Shown here one piece after another: positions 9,455 to 20,456 of a stretch of DNA of 64,000 nucleotides. Within the stretch, counting starts at the first letter, position 1, and each line of letters opens with the position of its first letter. The stretch comes from a virus. Lineage: Duplodnaviria; Caudoviricetes. Location of the stretch: IMG/VR virus record IMGVR_UViG_3300028129_000010, positions 9,178 to 73,177 of that record; one strand, 5' to 3'. Under the pieces are notes generated by a model, which was given only the letters and a program-made list of their open reading frames with translations, was not told the origin of the DNA and did no database searches. Both the position numbers and the translations under genes were made by a program.

Positions 9455-12199
9455 TTATTCATAAAGAGATTTAACAAAGCTAGGTATTGTTTCACTATTA
9501 CAATTAATCTTACCAGCTTTTCTATATCTAAATAGTTTATAATAATAATTAGTTTCTTTAGTTTTTCTTTCACCAAATTCAAATAACCCTTTTTCATTTA
9601 ATTTACAAGCATACCCATTTTTATTTGTATATGGGTCTAAAATAACTTCTGGGTTTGTATTTGTTGGACAGAAACATGAATCAGCTTCATTAACAACTCT
9701 ATTATTACCTTCTGGGTCTATGAATTTTAAGTAATAAAAACCATTAAGTTCGTATTGGTCTTGTATTGTTGGTCCAGCTAACTCCCACTTACAAGAAAGT
9801 GTACAACCACAACCCCTTTTACTAATATCTTTTATAATACCTGGTGATTGGCAACAAATGTAACCTGTATTTACTTCGGTTAATGGCATTCTACGAGTAG
9901 TTATTTGAGTGTTATCGTTCCCTATGAAATATGATGTTACATAATTTGTGTGTAGGTAAGAATACCCCTGAGCTTTCGCATCACAACATACTGGGTTTAC
10001 AAATTCAGTATTAATATAAAATGGCGTACCTAAATTATAAAATGTTTGTTGCCAGTAAAAGTAATTTTCACCTCTTATGGTAATATATTTATTTTCTGGG
10101 TCTAAATTAACATTTTCACAATCAACAACCTCCGTAGTTTCTTGCTTAAGAAGTGTTACATCAATAAAAAGTGATTCATCATCTTCTGGGACATCACACC
10201 CACAATCAGTTAATTCAGGTTCTGGACATAAATCTTCATCTATATTAGTTTCTAATAAAACAACATCTGATAAATCAGCACCATCAAAGCTCTGAGCGTC
10301 AACATAAGTGTTGCCACTATATTGATTCATTAAACCACTATTGTAATTTGTAAATAAATTTGTTGTTCCAGTAGTAACTGTTGTTGATGTAAGTGTAAAT
10401 GCCGAAAAATTAGGTATTATATTATCTAACTGAGCGATATATTCCTTACCGCTATCATATGGACCAACATGAGGGTTATTACCTACTAATGTGTATTGAG
10501 TTGCAGCTGAACCAGCTGTTTCTCTATACCATCCACCACCTTTTTGGAAGTACATATCTGGTGTATCTCTAAAAAACTTAGGATAACCTTCACTATCAAC
10601 ATTATAATTTTCTAAATCAGTATCTAAATCATTATATTCTAATACCTTATAGAATAAATCCATATCAATAGGTTCTTTAACCCTGTATATATACTCATTG
10701 AAGTTAATTAGACCATCTGGCGTACCAATTAATTTAAAAAAGAACTCAATAGGGTTTCTAGTACCCTTAGTTTTCCATATATGAGCTGAATTTAATACAA
10801 GTCTTCTCCATAATTCAACTTCAGCCTCTTGTGGTGTATATCCCCTACTATAACCTGGATATGTTGCTGTACCAACCTTCAAGTAGTTAGTTATTAAATC
10901 ATTACCAACTAAAGAAGATGTTAATTCCCAACCAAGTATTCTAGCTAAATACTTAACCAGTTGGTCTGGCATATTATTTTTCTTATCGTATGTTACAATA
11001 TTAGCGAATTTAATACCATCAATGTATTTTTTAATTTCATCAAACTCTCTACCATATATTCTTAGAGTTTTATTTACTTTTTCACCTTCGCTATCGATAG
11101 TACCACCATCACATGTTGGTGCTGTATCGAAGTCAGTTATAGAATCAGACGTTAAGAATCTAATTATTAAATCTGAACATGTAGAATCCTTAGCGTTTGT
11201 TACCTCTAATAAATCTGAAACATAATTTATGTACTCAGTAGTGTTAAAATCAATATTATAACCATCTGTTACTGGCCAAGTAAGTTTCTTACTAGTACTA
11301 ATTATATCACCACCATCCGTTTCAATTTTGTATTTATACGTTGAACTGTATTTTGGTGATGTAAACCTGTTTAATAGGTTGTTCTCAAACTCACTTAATG
11401 AATTAAAATATTTTTCCTCTGTTAATTCATTTGGTTTTATATGATATTCTATTTGTCCACTAGTAGAACCACTAAATGGGTCACCTATAACTCTAAAATG
11501 GATAAAGTCATCTGTATTACTAGTTGAACCTGTAAACTCTATAACGCTATACTCTTTATCATTAGTTAAAACAGAGTAACTATCATAACTAACCGATAAA
11601 TTTCTTAACATATTATCTTGGTTAAATGTGTTAAGGGTTGTACCGTTTTGCTTATAATTTATATTAAAATTATTAATTATAAAATTAACATCAACTCTAA
11701 ATGTAGAAGTGTCTGTTATAACATCATAAGAATAATTGTCAAAAGTATTACCAACTACCGTTTGAAAACCACTATCTCTTAATGGGTTTAAATATAATGA
11801 TGCTGGCCAATTAGTTATTATATTCTCTAAACTAACCCTTATGTATTCAGTTGCTGAACCAAAATAAGCAAAACTACATAATTCAGAACCGTCTAGGTTA
11901 AGAGTAGTTTTAATGTTATTATTTAATAATGTATTTGATGAATCGCTAGTTAGGTCTAAGGTTTGTAATGTATAAAATTTAGTAAATTTCTTCATACTAA
12001 ATAATCTACTTATTCTACCTTCAGTATTTACTGTAGTTACAAAATTACCAAACGTAAATGTTGAGTCAGTTCCGTCAGCATCACTTGTTAACTGATTACC
12101 AACTAAATCATCACTAAAGTTTCTATACTCAATTCCGTTATCGTAAAAAACTCTTTGAGCGTAACCAACTACTTTTATTCTATCATTATTATTAGGCAT
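9455..12199 (-). CDS. Baseplate wedge protein (P2 gpI / T4 gp7-like) with Cys-rich C-terminus (914 aa)
   Basis: QLVKYLARILGW...LWRRLVLNSAHIWKTKGTRNPIEFFFKLIG matches the gpI-type wedge signature (helical region ending K.KGT...I...F..IG). Confidence 0.6.
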   Translation of the reverse strand: MPNNNDRIKVVGYAQRVFYDNGIEYRNFSDDLVGNQLTSDADGTDSTFTFGNFVTTVNTEGRISRLFSMKKFTKFYTLQTLDLTSDSSNTLLNNNIKTTLNLDGSELCSFAYFGSATEYIRVSLENIITNWPASLYLNPLRDSGFQTVVGNTFDNYSYDVITDTSTFRVDVNFIINNFNINYKQNGTTLNTFNQDNMLRNLSVSYDSYSVLTNDKEYSVIEFTGSTSNTDDFIHFRVIGDPFSGSTSGQIEYHIKPNELTEEKYFNSLSEFENNLLNRFTSPKYSSTYKYKIETDGGDIISTSKKLTWPVTDGYNIDFNTTEYINYVSDLLEVTNAKDSTCSDLIIRFLTSDSITDFDTAPTCDGGTIDSEGEKVNKTLRIYGREFDEIKKYIDGIKFANIVTYDKKNNMPDQLVKYLARILGWELTSSLVGNDLITNYLKVGTATYPGYSRGYTPQEAEVELWRRLVLNSAHIWKTKGTRNPIEFFFKLIGTPDGLINFNEYIYRVKEPIDMDLFYKVLEYNDLDTDLENYNVDSEGYPKFFRDTPDMYFQKGGGWYRETAGSAATQYTLVGNNPHVGPYDSGKEYIAQLDNIIPNFSAFTLTSTTVTTGTTNLFTNYNSGLMNQYSGNTYVDAQSFDGADLSDVVLLETNIDEDLCPEPELTDCGCDVPEDDESLFIDVTLLKQETTEVVDCENVNLDPENKYITIRGENYFYWQQTFYNLGTPFYINTEFVNPVCCDAKAQGYSYLHTNYVTSYFIGNDNTQITTRRMPLTEVNTGYICCQSPGIIKDISKRGCGCTLSCKWELAGPTIQDQYELNGFYYLKFIDPEGNNRVVNEADSCFCPTNTNPEVILDPYTNKNGYACKLNEKGLFEFGERKTKETNYYYKLFRYRKAGKINCNSETIPSFVKSLYE

Positions 12200-12203
12200 A
12201 CAA

Positions 12204-13118
12204 TTATACGTTTGCTATATCATCAAATCCCTTAGTGAAATCAATGTTATTAAATCTATTTTCTTTAACCTCAAATAATGGTTTACCGTCAAACCTATCC
12301 TTAATTTCAAATAGGTTAAATTGTTTATAAATATCATTATTAAAGTTGTAGACAGTATAAATACCATCTTCAAGACTCTTAGTCTGATTACCAAATAATC
12401 CAATAGCTAATGACTCAACATCGTAATCAACCATTTCAACCTCTAAAACAAATGGTGTAAAAAATGTATTCGTTATTATTACATCCTGATTTGGTGTGCC
12501 AATGAATGGTAATACATTTGGTTTAACATTCGTAGGTGAAGACGGTGAAACTGTACAAAACACTAAATTAGACGAATCCTCAAACCTATATCTAATAGCT
12601 TTTTGACTTGTATCTGATAAGTTCTGATTAACAGGTTCTGATTTATTATTTGAAGTAATTATTCTAAAAGTATTTTTAATTTTTCTATCTTCAGTAGTTG
12701 TGTTTGTTGTAATATACTCAACCCTATAACCAATAAGATTATTGTTTTGGAATTTATCTAGGAATGGTGCTAAATTAATATCTGTTGTATCAAAAACAAT
12801 ACCCTTAACATCTGGAAATGCTGATAGTACACCACAATCTGAAATTCTAGTTCTTATTTCAACAGGTTTAAATACTATAGTGTATATCCCTTTATCACCA
12901 AATTCAGTTACAGGTAATCTAAGTGTGTATAAACCACCAAATATCTCAAATGTATTTGAGAGGTTATTTGGGTTATTAATAGGTATTAAATTACCAGAAT
13001 CTAGTTTAAAAACATTAGTATTTTGACTCTGCCTATTTGGTGCGTAAAACACAGTTATCTCCACGTCACTTGGTGACATGTCTGCGGGTCTAACTGTTCC
13101 GTAAATTCCTGTTGCCAT
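12204..13118 (-). CDS. Conserved phage structural protein, function unknown (304 aa)
   Basis: ORF in the structural operon with an upstream TATTTATA motif (13143-13150). Confidence 0.5.
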   Translation of the reverse strand: MATGIYGTVRPADMSPSDVEITVFYAPNRQSQNTNVFKLDSGNLIPINNPNNLSNTFEIFGGLYTLRLPVTEFGDKGIYTIVFKPVEIRTRISDCGVLSAFPDVKGIVFDTTDINLAPFLDKFQNNNLIGYRVEYITTNTTTEDRKIKNTFRIITSNNKSEPVNQNLSDTSQKAIRYRFEDSSNLVFCTVSPSSPTNVKPNVLPFIGTPNQDVIITNTFFTPFVLEVEMVDYDVESLAIGLFGNQTKSLEDGIYTVYNFNNDIYKQFNLFEIKDRFDGKPLFEVKENRFNNIDFTKGFDDIANV

Positions 13119-13153
13119 CTTTTATTAATTTTAACTCTTTTATATAAATATCA

Positions 13154-13939
13154 TTACTTTATTATTTTATAGTAACCATTACCATAATTTATTAAATCAG
13201 ACATATTCTTAATCTCACCCATCTGTAGGTGACTTTGGAATGCCGAATTTATACCTCTATCTATATCAACATCACTATACACTGTAGGTGTTGTTGTTAT
13301 ACCAAAAAGATATTCTTGTTTCGTTATAGCTGAAAGTGTTGTGTTTGTATTATTAAAACCTTCACCTTTATAATACATCTCAGTTACTGGTATGTCTATA
13401 TTACCATTAATACTATCTACTATAGGTCTTGTTAACCCACTATATGTTTTATAAAATATACCTCTAGTTTGATTTGGGTTATTTGGGTTTATTGTATAAC
13501 TATCATCACCACCAATAACATATGTAATTGGCATCTGATTATCGTCACTAACCACTCTGTCTACAGCTGTATATGAATTACCTTGGTAGTCGTCAACAGT
13601 ATTATTAGACATATTAAGACCTGGTTGATATACTTGTGTAAATGAATAAGATTTAACTAAATCTAATTTATCTCTGGTATACCCAGTTATAAATAAAGAT
13701 GGTGTGAAATAATCTGATAGTGTTTTATTTACATATCTAACATCTGGAGTGTATGGGTCCATTATTGTTGTTGTATTAGTGTCTGCTGTAAATTCTACAT
13801 TAGTACCAATACCCATATCATCCATATCTTGTTTGAAAAATACATTAACATAGAATGTTGTTGCGGTCATTTGACCCCAAGTATTCTTTTTCCTACTAGT
13901 GTAGTTATCTAATGATATTTTTCTTTTTATTATCTCCAT
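13154..13939 (-). CDS. Hypothetical structural protein (261 aa)
   Basis: Long ORF; its start overlaps the upstream stop (translational coupling). Confidence 0.5.
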   Translation of the reverse strand: MEIIKRKISLDNYTSRKKNTWGQMTATTFYVNVFFKQDMDDMGIGTNVEFTADTNTTTIMDPYTPDVRYVNKTLSDYFTPSLFITGYTRDKLDLVKSYSFTQVYQPGLNMSNNTVDDYQGNSYTAVDRVVSDDNQMPITYVIGGDDSYTINPNNPNQTRGIFYKTYSGLTRPIVDSINGNIDIPVTEMYYKGEGFNNTNTTLSAITKQEYLFGITTTPTVYSDVDIDRGINSAFQSHLQMGEIKNMSDLINYGNGYYKIIK

Positions 13940-14757
13940 TATTGAACCTTTATCCTATATAATTGTACTTGTACCTCCCTTTGGTTATTTGAATTAACAT
14001 TACTACTATAACCTTTATCTATGTAATATCTATACCCATCAACCTCTCTAGTTAATATATATTTTGTGTATAACCTATTGATAGGACCTGGTTCTATCAA
14101 TTCGTTTATTGGTAATTCAACGTCTGTACTCATTAAATTATGTGCCTCACCAGTCTTAGCGTTTAAAAAACTTGCTCTCATATATATCTCTTTACCAACA
14201 GTTGGTAATACTTCGTCTTTAAAATAATATAAAAAGAAGCCTTCACCGTTCTTATCTCTATTTTTAAGTGAATCACCAAGTTTAAACTCTAAGTTTATAT
14301 TGTTAGGGTCTTGTTCTGTTTCACCAATAAGTACCTTAGGGAATAGTGTTATAAAAAATAATAAATTTTGTTTTGTATTAGAATCACTATCATAAAAATC
14401 TAACCTTAAAAATGTTTTAGTAAATGAATTTTTAAGGTTTTGTATATCTTCTAATACAAACTCAGCATTACCCCATGTAGTTGTTGCATAATAATCTTTG
14501 TTATCATCATATAAGTTAACCACATATGTTACATCATCAATTAGATTTTTGTCAATATTAATTGGTAAGAACTTTACTTTTTCATAATCAATTATTTCAT
14601 TTATTGATTTCTTAACTTCAACATCAACAAATTCATTTTCAATAATCTCTGTTTGACCAGCTAAACCAGGGACTTGACTAGTAGGTAAGTTTATGTTGAT
14701 ACTACTATCATCATTTAATGGTCTAATTATTTTATACTTATTAACAAACATCTTCAC
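13939..14757 (-). CDS. Hypothetical structural protein (272 aa)
   Basis: Long ORF overlapping both neighbours in the operon. Confidence 0.5.
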   Translation of the reverse strand: MKMFVNKYKIIRPLNDDSSININLPTSQVPGLAGQTEIIENEFVDVEVKKSINEIIDYEKVKFLPINIDKNLIDDVTYVVNLYDDNKDYYATTTWGNAEFVLEDIQNLKNSFTKTFLRLDFYDSDSNTKQNLLFFITLFPKVLIGETEQDPNNINLEFKLGDSLKNRDKNGEGFFLYYFKDEVLPTVGKEIYMRASFLNAKTGEAHNLMSTDVELPINELIEPGPINRLYTKYILTREVDGYRYYIDKGYSSNVNSNNQREVQVQLYRIKVQ

Positions 14758-16468
14758 TATTTTTAGTTATAAACTTATCTGTTATTCTTTCACCTCTTGG
14801 GTCTGCTGGGTCATCTTTATCAGAATCACCCCCATAATACAACCCATATAAGTTAAATGGGTCTTGTCTTTTCATAACAAAACATATGTTATCATAAATA
14901 TAATGAGAATTGTTTGTGAAAGGATATTCTAATGTTTCACCATTAGCTAATGAAGCACCAATCGTTAATAAATCTCTCCAAATATACTTACCACCATTTA
15001 ACTCTTCAGAATAATCTGGTATATTACCAGTAGTAGCTGTATACCCTTGCTCTATGAAACTAGAATAAAGTCTTATAGGTATTTCATAATGTGGTTTATA
15101 CATGTACCCTTCTCTTCTAGGTCCCTTTGCTAATGTATTACTTTGTGTACTACTATCTCTTTTACTAGTGTTAAATCTATGTAACACATCACTAAGAATA
15201 TTCTCAACTAATTCAGTCTTATTATATTCAACAACATCACCGTAAAACTCAGTATCTGCTGATAGGTCCCCCATCTTTACATCTGGGTTTAATGGTGTGT
15301 GTGTTGTAAATGGTGTGGAACTACCATTATGTATTCTCCTTATATTAGATAACTTTATATCATTTAAGTTCCCAGATAGATATTCTAAGTCTAAACCAGA
15401 TTTAATTTTTGACATAAAGTTATCATCTCTAGTCTTAACAATCGTTAAATATAATTCACTTAATGGTCTACCTAAATTATCTTTAAGGTCAGATATATCA
15501 ACTTCTTTATTAAATGTTACTTGATAATTTTGGTCATTAAATATTGTGTTACTAAAAGCCAATGGGTCTATAGAATAATCTATATCAGTAAATTTTTTAA
15601 ACTTTCTTAAATAATACTCAGATTCATATCCATTCACATATCTAACCATTCTACCAGATATGGTGTTAGTGGTGATAACGGTTGGGTCTACATCTATTGC
15701 AAAATAATTTTCTTTATAATCACCATTATCTAACCCAACCCTCTTAACAGTAAATTCACCGTTTAATTGGTTATCACTCATAGCGCTAATTCTAACTTTT
15801 TCACCAGTACTTAATCCATGTCTTGTTGCGGTACCTAACGCAACCATTGATTTACCACCAACTTCAACCTCTTCAATATTAACGATTAATAAACCGTCTT
15901 TAACTATATGGTGTTGGTCATCAATGCTTGATGGATAAGTAATACATATATCCCAATTCTTTTTAGTATTTGAATTTAAATCAAACCTTTTTTTTGTTGG
16001 TTCGATATTAAAAAATTTTTTAATACCTGGTTTAGTTATATCTGGGTCTATAAACCCAAACCAACCATCTCTTTCTATTAAATTTTCATTTACAGATTCA
16101 AGATAATTTAGTTTTTTATACTTTGAATCAAATTGTTCATTAGAATACGCATTTCTTTTAAAAGTGTCTTGGTCGAATATATCAAGTCCATTACCATTTT
16201 CACTACCCCCATTATCAGAATCCCAGTTTGTGGTACCCGCTGGGTTCATTAATACGTTACTAAAAAGTGGGTTAATAGTAAAAATAAAACGATATCTAGT
16301 ACATAAATTTCTTTCAATATTAAGTTGTTCACCTACATTAAGAACATAGTTTATCTCACCTGGTGGTAATTCTTTGTCATTAGCAACAAAGTTTACATTT
16401 GTGAATGTATTTATATTCACATCACTCTTAGATTTACTACTATTTAAATTAATCTTCTTCCTTTCCAT
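14741..16468 (-). CDS. Hypothetical structural protein (575 aa)
   Basis: Long ORF, coupled start/stop with the 1328-aa gene. Confidence 0.5.
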   Translation of the reverse strand: MERKKINLNSSKSKSDVNINTFTNVNFVANDKELPPGEINYVLNVGEQLNIERNLCTRYRFIFTINPLFSNVLMNPAGTTNWDSDNGGSENGNGLDIFDQDTFKRNAYSNEQFDSKYKKLNYLESVNENLIERDGWFGFIDPDITKPGIKKFFNIEPTKKRFDLNSNTKKNWDICITYPSSIDDQHHIVKDGLLIVNIEEVEVGGKSMVALGTATRHGLSTGEKVRISAMSDNQLNGEFTVKRVGLDNGDYKENYFAIDVDPTVITTNTISGRMVRYVNGYESEYYLRKFKKFTDIDYSIDPLAFSNTIFNDQNYQVTFNKEVDISDLKDNLGRPLSELYLTIVKTRDDNFMSKIKSGLDLEYLSGNLNDIKLSNIRRIHNGSSTPFTTHTPLNPDVKMGDLSADTEFYGDVVEYNKTELVENILSDVLHRFNTSKRDSSTQSNTLAKGPRREGYMYKPHYEIPIRLYSSFIEQGYTATTGNIPDYSEELNGGKYIWRDLLTIGASLANGETLEYPFTNNSHYIYDNICFVMKRQDPFNLYGLYYGGDSDKDDPADPRGERITDKFITKNSEDVC

Positions 16469-19400
16469 TATGGTAAATTAATATATTGCTCTTTATTACA
16501 GCCATTATCATCTGTAATATCTATAACAGCAGCATTAACACCTTGTTTACTTAAAGATATTAGTTCTATAAAAGTATGTGAACCAGCACTAATATCATTT
16601 AATTCATCTATTGGTGCATCAGAAGGGTTAGTTATATAATCATAGTCATATAAATCAACATAATATGGTGGTGTACCACCATTAATTGTGAATGAAACTT
16701 CATATCCAGTACTTCCAGAGATAACTGAGGGTGTTATAGTAATAGCTGGTGGTTCGGTTATTGTAAACCCTTCTGTAACTGATTGGTTTAACGAGTCAGT
16801 ATATGTAACTTCGTAATCACCAGCATATAAATTAAATATTTGAGTATCACCTGTTAGTATGATACTTCCATTTGAGTCTTTCCATTCAATTGTTGAGTCT
16901 CCAGTACCACTACCATCTTGTGGATAAAGCGTTGCTGAACCTGTTTGGTTAAAACACGTTGGTGATTCACCTGAAACAGTTATACTAGGTAAGTCTGGTT
17001 CAGAAAATGATACTAATTCTTCACATTGTGTTTGTATTATACCATTATCTTTAACAACAACTTTATAATCACCAACACCTATATTAGAAAAAGTTGTACC
17101 CATTGCTACTGTTGTTGTGTTATTAATAAGGTTATTTGTGTCGTTATCATATAATTCATATGTGTACCCTGGCACACCACCTTCAACATCAATTATTATT
17201 TTACCATCATCTTCACCGTTTTTTGTTATAGGTTCAATTGTTACGTTACATTGAACACCAGTAGGTCCGCTTACTTGAAATGAACATTCTATTACATTAC
17301 CGACATTATCAGTAGTTTTAAGGTTATATGTTCCAGAATACAATTCAGTTATTGTTGTAATTCTACCGTTATTATTTATATTATTACTAAGTGGGTATTG
17401 TTGACCACCAAATGTTGGTCCATTCCATTCATAAGTTAATGGTTCAACACCACCAATAATTTCAACCTCAAGTGCACCTGTTGGATTATTACCATCATCA
17501 TCTGCTATTGAGTATTCTAGTTGGCATTGGAAGTTATCATCAACTTCCTTAATACAAGGTGTCAAAAATTCTTTATTTAACTTAGTTAGTGCAGTATTAT
17601 TAGACCTTAAACCAAAATAAAAATAATATGAGTTTTCGTATTGCCAAATAGAGTCACTATCGTCTGGGAAAACTCTAAAACTTCGATAGTTTTCATCATT
17701 GTAGTCGCTACTACTGCTACCATCAGCGGCTAGACTACCACTATCAATATAAACTAGAGGTACACTTGTACTCCCAGTTGAATTTAAATAAGAAAAAAGA
17801 CCTCTAACAAATGGGTTTTCAACATCTTGATTATTTATTTTACCGTTTATTGGTCCTTTACCTTCATCTTCTCTATTTTCATCAAGACCCATACCTAATT
17901 CACATAATCTTTTCACATTATTACAATTTCTATAGTCACCCTTTAGGTAAATTCCTATTGGAAATAGATACCCAAATTTAAATAATAATGTTTCACTATC
18001 ACTAATACCAGAAGTTTCTATTGTAAAATCTACTTTTTCATCAAGTAATGGTGGTATATTAAATGTCGTGTCAACTAAAAATCTAGACATCTGTGGTTTA
18101 CCTTCCCAGTCATATTTATTTATGGAACCTAAATTAATAATATCTGTAGCAAACAACTTATATTTACTGTGCTTTGAGTGTGATGCATAATATAATTCAC
18201 TATCAGGGGTTCTCTTTATATACCCTTCTTTTATCTTTTCTGCTCCACCATCACCAAAACTACTTAATGAATCAATATTACTAAAATTAAATTGTTCGGG
18301 TGATTGTGGGCAACTATCAATAATAAAATTATTTTTACATTTATTATCTATTTCACTATCATCATTGTAGTCGCCTAAATCTATATTACCACATTCTATG
18401 TCACAAAATTTTTCACCATTACTTTTATATTTATACTGTAATAAGAATAAATATAGAGAACCGTTAACCCAGTCATTATAAAAATCAAGTTTAAACATGT
18501 TTAAAGAATCTGCAAGACTAACAGCAGAACATCTTAAATATTCACCTACTATAATAGAACCATTTTCACCACAGGCTTTAGTACAATCAATCTTTTGACC
18601 AGCTTCATTATTTAGCTGGTAACAGTAGATTTTATTTGGGTCATCCTCACTCCCTGGGTCTCCATTGGCGAGCGACCATATAAAATATTTTACATTACCA
18701 CAGCTTAATTTAAAGTAAGGGATTAAAGAATCAGCTTGATATTTTTTACAGGCTTTTTTATCACAATCACTACAATCCAAATTTGGATTATTACATAAAT
18801 CACTTTTATCGATATCTGATAAATCAGCATCTAAATCTTCATAATAAGCTTTAGCACAATCAATATCAGTTTGATTTTCATCTTTTTGATATAATTTATA
18901 ACACCTACAAGCAGCTCTCTTTTTCTTATTAGTTGGCCACTGTATTAAACAACCTAATTTTTGTATTCCCCAAACTGCCTTAACTAATGGGGTTAATATA
19001 AGGTTTAATAAATATATTACCGACCTATTTAGTATCCAAACAATAGTAGTTATAGTGCTTAGTATTGCCAATAAAAAAAACGCTAAAACATCTACATTAA
19101 CATCAATTCTATTAAATGGGAATGGACTGTTACTCCCTGGGTCATCGGTAACTTTAATACCAATAAAATTTCTATTATCAATCTGCTTATTTGGTTGAAC
19201 TCTAGTTATTAGATTTTTAACACTATATAGTTTATTCCAAGATAATTCTGTAAAACTTTCATCTTTGGTTGTACTATCAAAAGTATAATCAGCCTCTTGA
19301 TGTGATTCTGGGTTGTTTGGTATCAAGAATTTAGCTCTTCTCCTTAATTTACCTTCTGTTCCTGAAACATCCATACCGATTCTAAACCTAACTTTTGATT

Positions 19401-20454
19401 TGGTAGGTATACCAATCTTAGGGTTATTAGAAGGAACTAATTCTCCAGATTCAGACGTTACCTTATATTCTAAGTTCATTGGTATCTGATAACACCAAAC
19501 ACCATTTTCATCAATAACCCTACCACCTTCAACATCATACCTTTCTATAGACCCTGTAGGTGTTTTCCTAATCATTTCAATTTTACCTGGACCAGTTGTT
19601 AATTCGTCCATTTTACCTAAATTTTTTCTAGGTCTACAATTCTTATTGACACTATTTTTTTCGCTGTCTGTAATAACAGAGCCCATAAATATAGCTACAG
19701 GGTTTATGTTTGTTAATAAATCAACATCAAGCCTTGTTATACCAATTTCAAATTGTTCTTCATCACCCCAAAATGGTATTACATTAACAGAAACTGGTGA
19801 TACTTTTTTTAATTGCACTGGTGTTACGGTTTCTTCTGTATTTTTAAATTGACTAGGTGATTTGAATAAGTTTTCATTTGACCCTTCACTAATTAAATTA
19901 TACGGTTTTTGACTTAAGAAACCTATGTCAGATAAATCAGCTTCAACATGTAGGTTATACGAACCAACTGGAATACCAAAAATCATATAGTCACCAGAAT
20001 CGTTTGTTGTAGTTGTAAACTTATAATATTTACAATAAATCATTTCACTTTCTGGGTTATCTTGTATTTGTCTTTTTGATTCAAATCTACCTACCGTAGA
20101 ATAACATTCGTCCTTACCTACATTGTTTGATGGTAAAAGACTATAAGGTAAACCTTCATCATCCTTATCAGTCACAACTTCAAATGGGTATAAACCAAAT
20201 ATTTCTGGGTCTAGTTTATCTTCTTCATCTATCGGTATAAAAATAGATACTTTAGCGTTAGGTACTCCAACACCATTATTAACTATTACTCTACCAATAA
20301 CAACACCATAGTCAGAACTAAACCTTCTATAGGTTTCATCTTGGGATATTTTTAACGACAAAACCTCAATAAAGTCAAAGTCTTGATTTATTGAGATATT
20401 AATATTTTGATTTACACCTCCTGGTGTTGTTCTTAACCTGATATTATTAGACAT
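16468..20454 (-). CDS. Large baseplate-associated protein: N-terminal carboxypeptidase-regulatory-like beta-sandwich, hydrophobic segment, Cys-rich region, C-terminal SprB-like repeats (1328 aa)
   Basis: GRVIVNNGVGVPNAKVSIF...TTTNDSGDYMIFGIPVGSYNLHV; about four repeats of the form G.I.V.GG.P.Y.Y.W...L..G.Y.V.V.D..C at the C-terminus. Confidence 0.6.
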   Translation of the reverse strand: MSNNIRLRTTPGGVNQNINISINQDFDFIEVLSLKISQDETYRRFSSDYGVVIGRVIVNNGVGVPNAKVSIFIPIDEEDKLDPEIFGLYPFEVVTDKDDEGLPYSLLPSNNVGKDECYSTVGRFESKRQIQDNPESEMIYCKYYKFTTTTNDSGDYMIFGIPVGSYNLHVEADLSDIGFLSQKPYNLISEGSNENLFKSPSQFKNTEETVTPVQLKKVSPVSVNVIPFWGDEEQFEIGITRLDVDLLTNINPVAIFMGSVITDSEKNSVNKNCRPRKNLGKMDELTTGPGKIEMIRKTPTGSIERYDVEGGRVIDENGVWCYQIPMNLEYKVTSESGELVPSNNPKIGIPTKSKVRFRIGMDVSGTEGKLRRRAKFLIPNNPESHQEADYTFDSTTKDESFTELSWNKLYSVKNLITRVQPNKQIDNRNFIGIKVTDDPGSNSPFPFNRIDVNVDVLAFFLLAILSTITTIVWILNRSVIYLLNLILTPLVKAVWGIQKLGCLIQWPTNKKKRAACRCYKLYQKDENQTDIDCAKAYYEDLDADLSDIDKSDLCNNPNLDCSDCDKKACKKYQADSLIPYFKLSCGNVKYFIWSLANGDPGSEDDPNKIYCYQLNNEAGQKIDCTKACGENGSIIVGEYLRCSAVSLADSLNMFKLDFYNDWVNGSLYLFLLQYKYKSNGEKFCDIECGNIDLGDYNDDSEIDNKCKNNFIIDSCPQSPEQFNFSNIDSLSSFGDGGAEKIKEGYIKRTPDSELYYASHSKHSKYKLFATDIINLGSINKYDWEGKPQMSRFLVDTTFNIPPLLDEKVDFTIETSGISDSETLLFKFGYLFPIGIYLKGDYRNCNNVKRLCELGMGLDENREDEGKGPINGKINNQDVENPFVRGLFSYLNSTGSTSVPLVYIDSGSLAADGSSSSDYNDENYRSFRVFPDDSDSIWQYENSYYFYFGLRSNNTALTKLNKEFLTPCIKEVDDNFQCQLEYSIADDDGNNPTGALEVEIIGGVEPLTYEWNGPTFGGQQYPLSNNINNNGRITTITELYSGTYNLKTTDNVGNVIECSFQVSGPTGVQCNVTIEPITKNGEDDGKIIIDVEGGVPGYTYELYDNDTNNLINNTTTVAMGTTFSNIGVGDYKVVVKDNGIIQTQCEELVSFSEPDLPSITVSGESPTCFNQTGSATLYPQDGSGTGDSTIEWKDSNGSIILTGDTQIFNLYAGDYEVTYTDSLNQSVTEGFTITEPPAITITPSVISGSTGYEVSFTINGGTPPYYVDLYDYDYITNPSDAPIDELNDISAGSHTFIELISLSKQGVNAAVIDITDDNGCNKEQYINLP

Positions 20455-20456
20455 AT

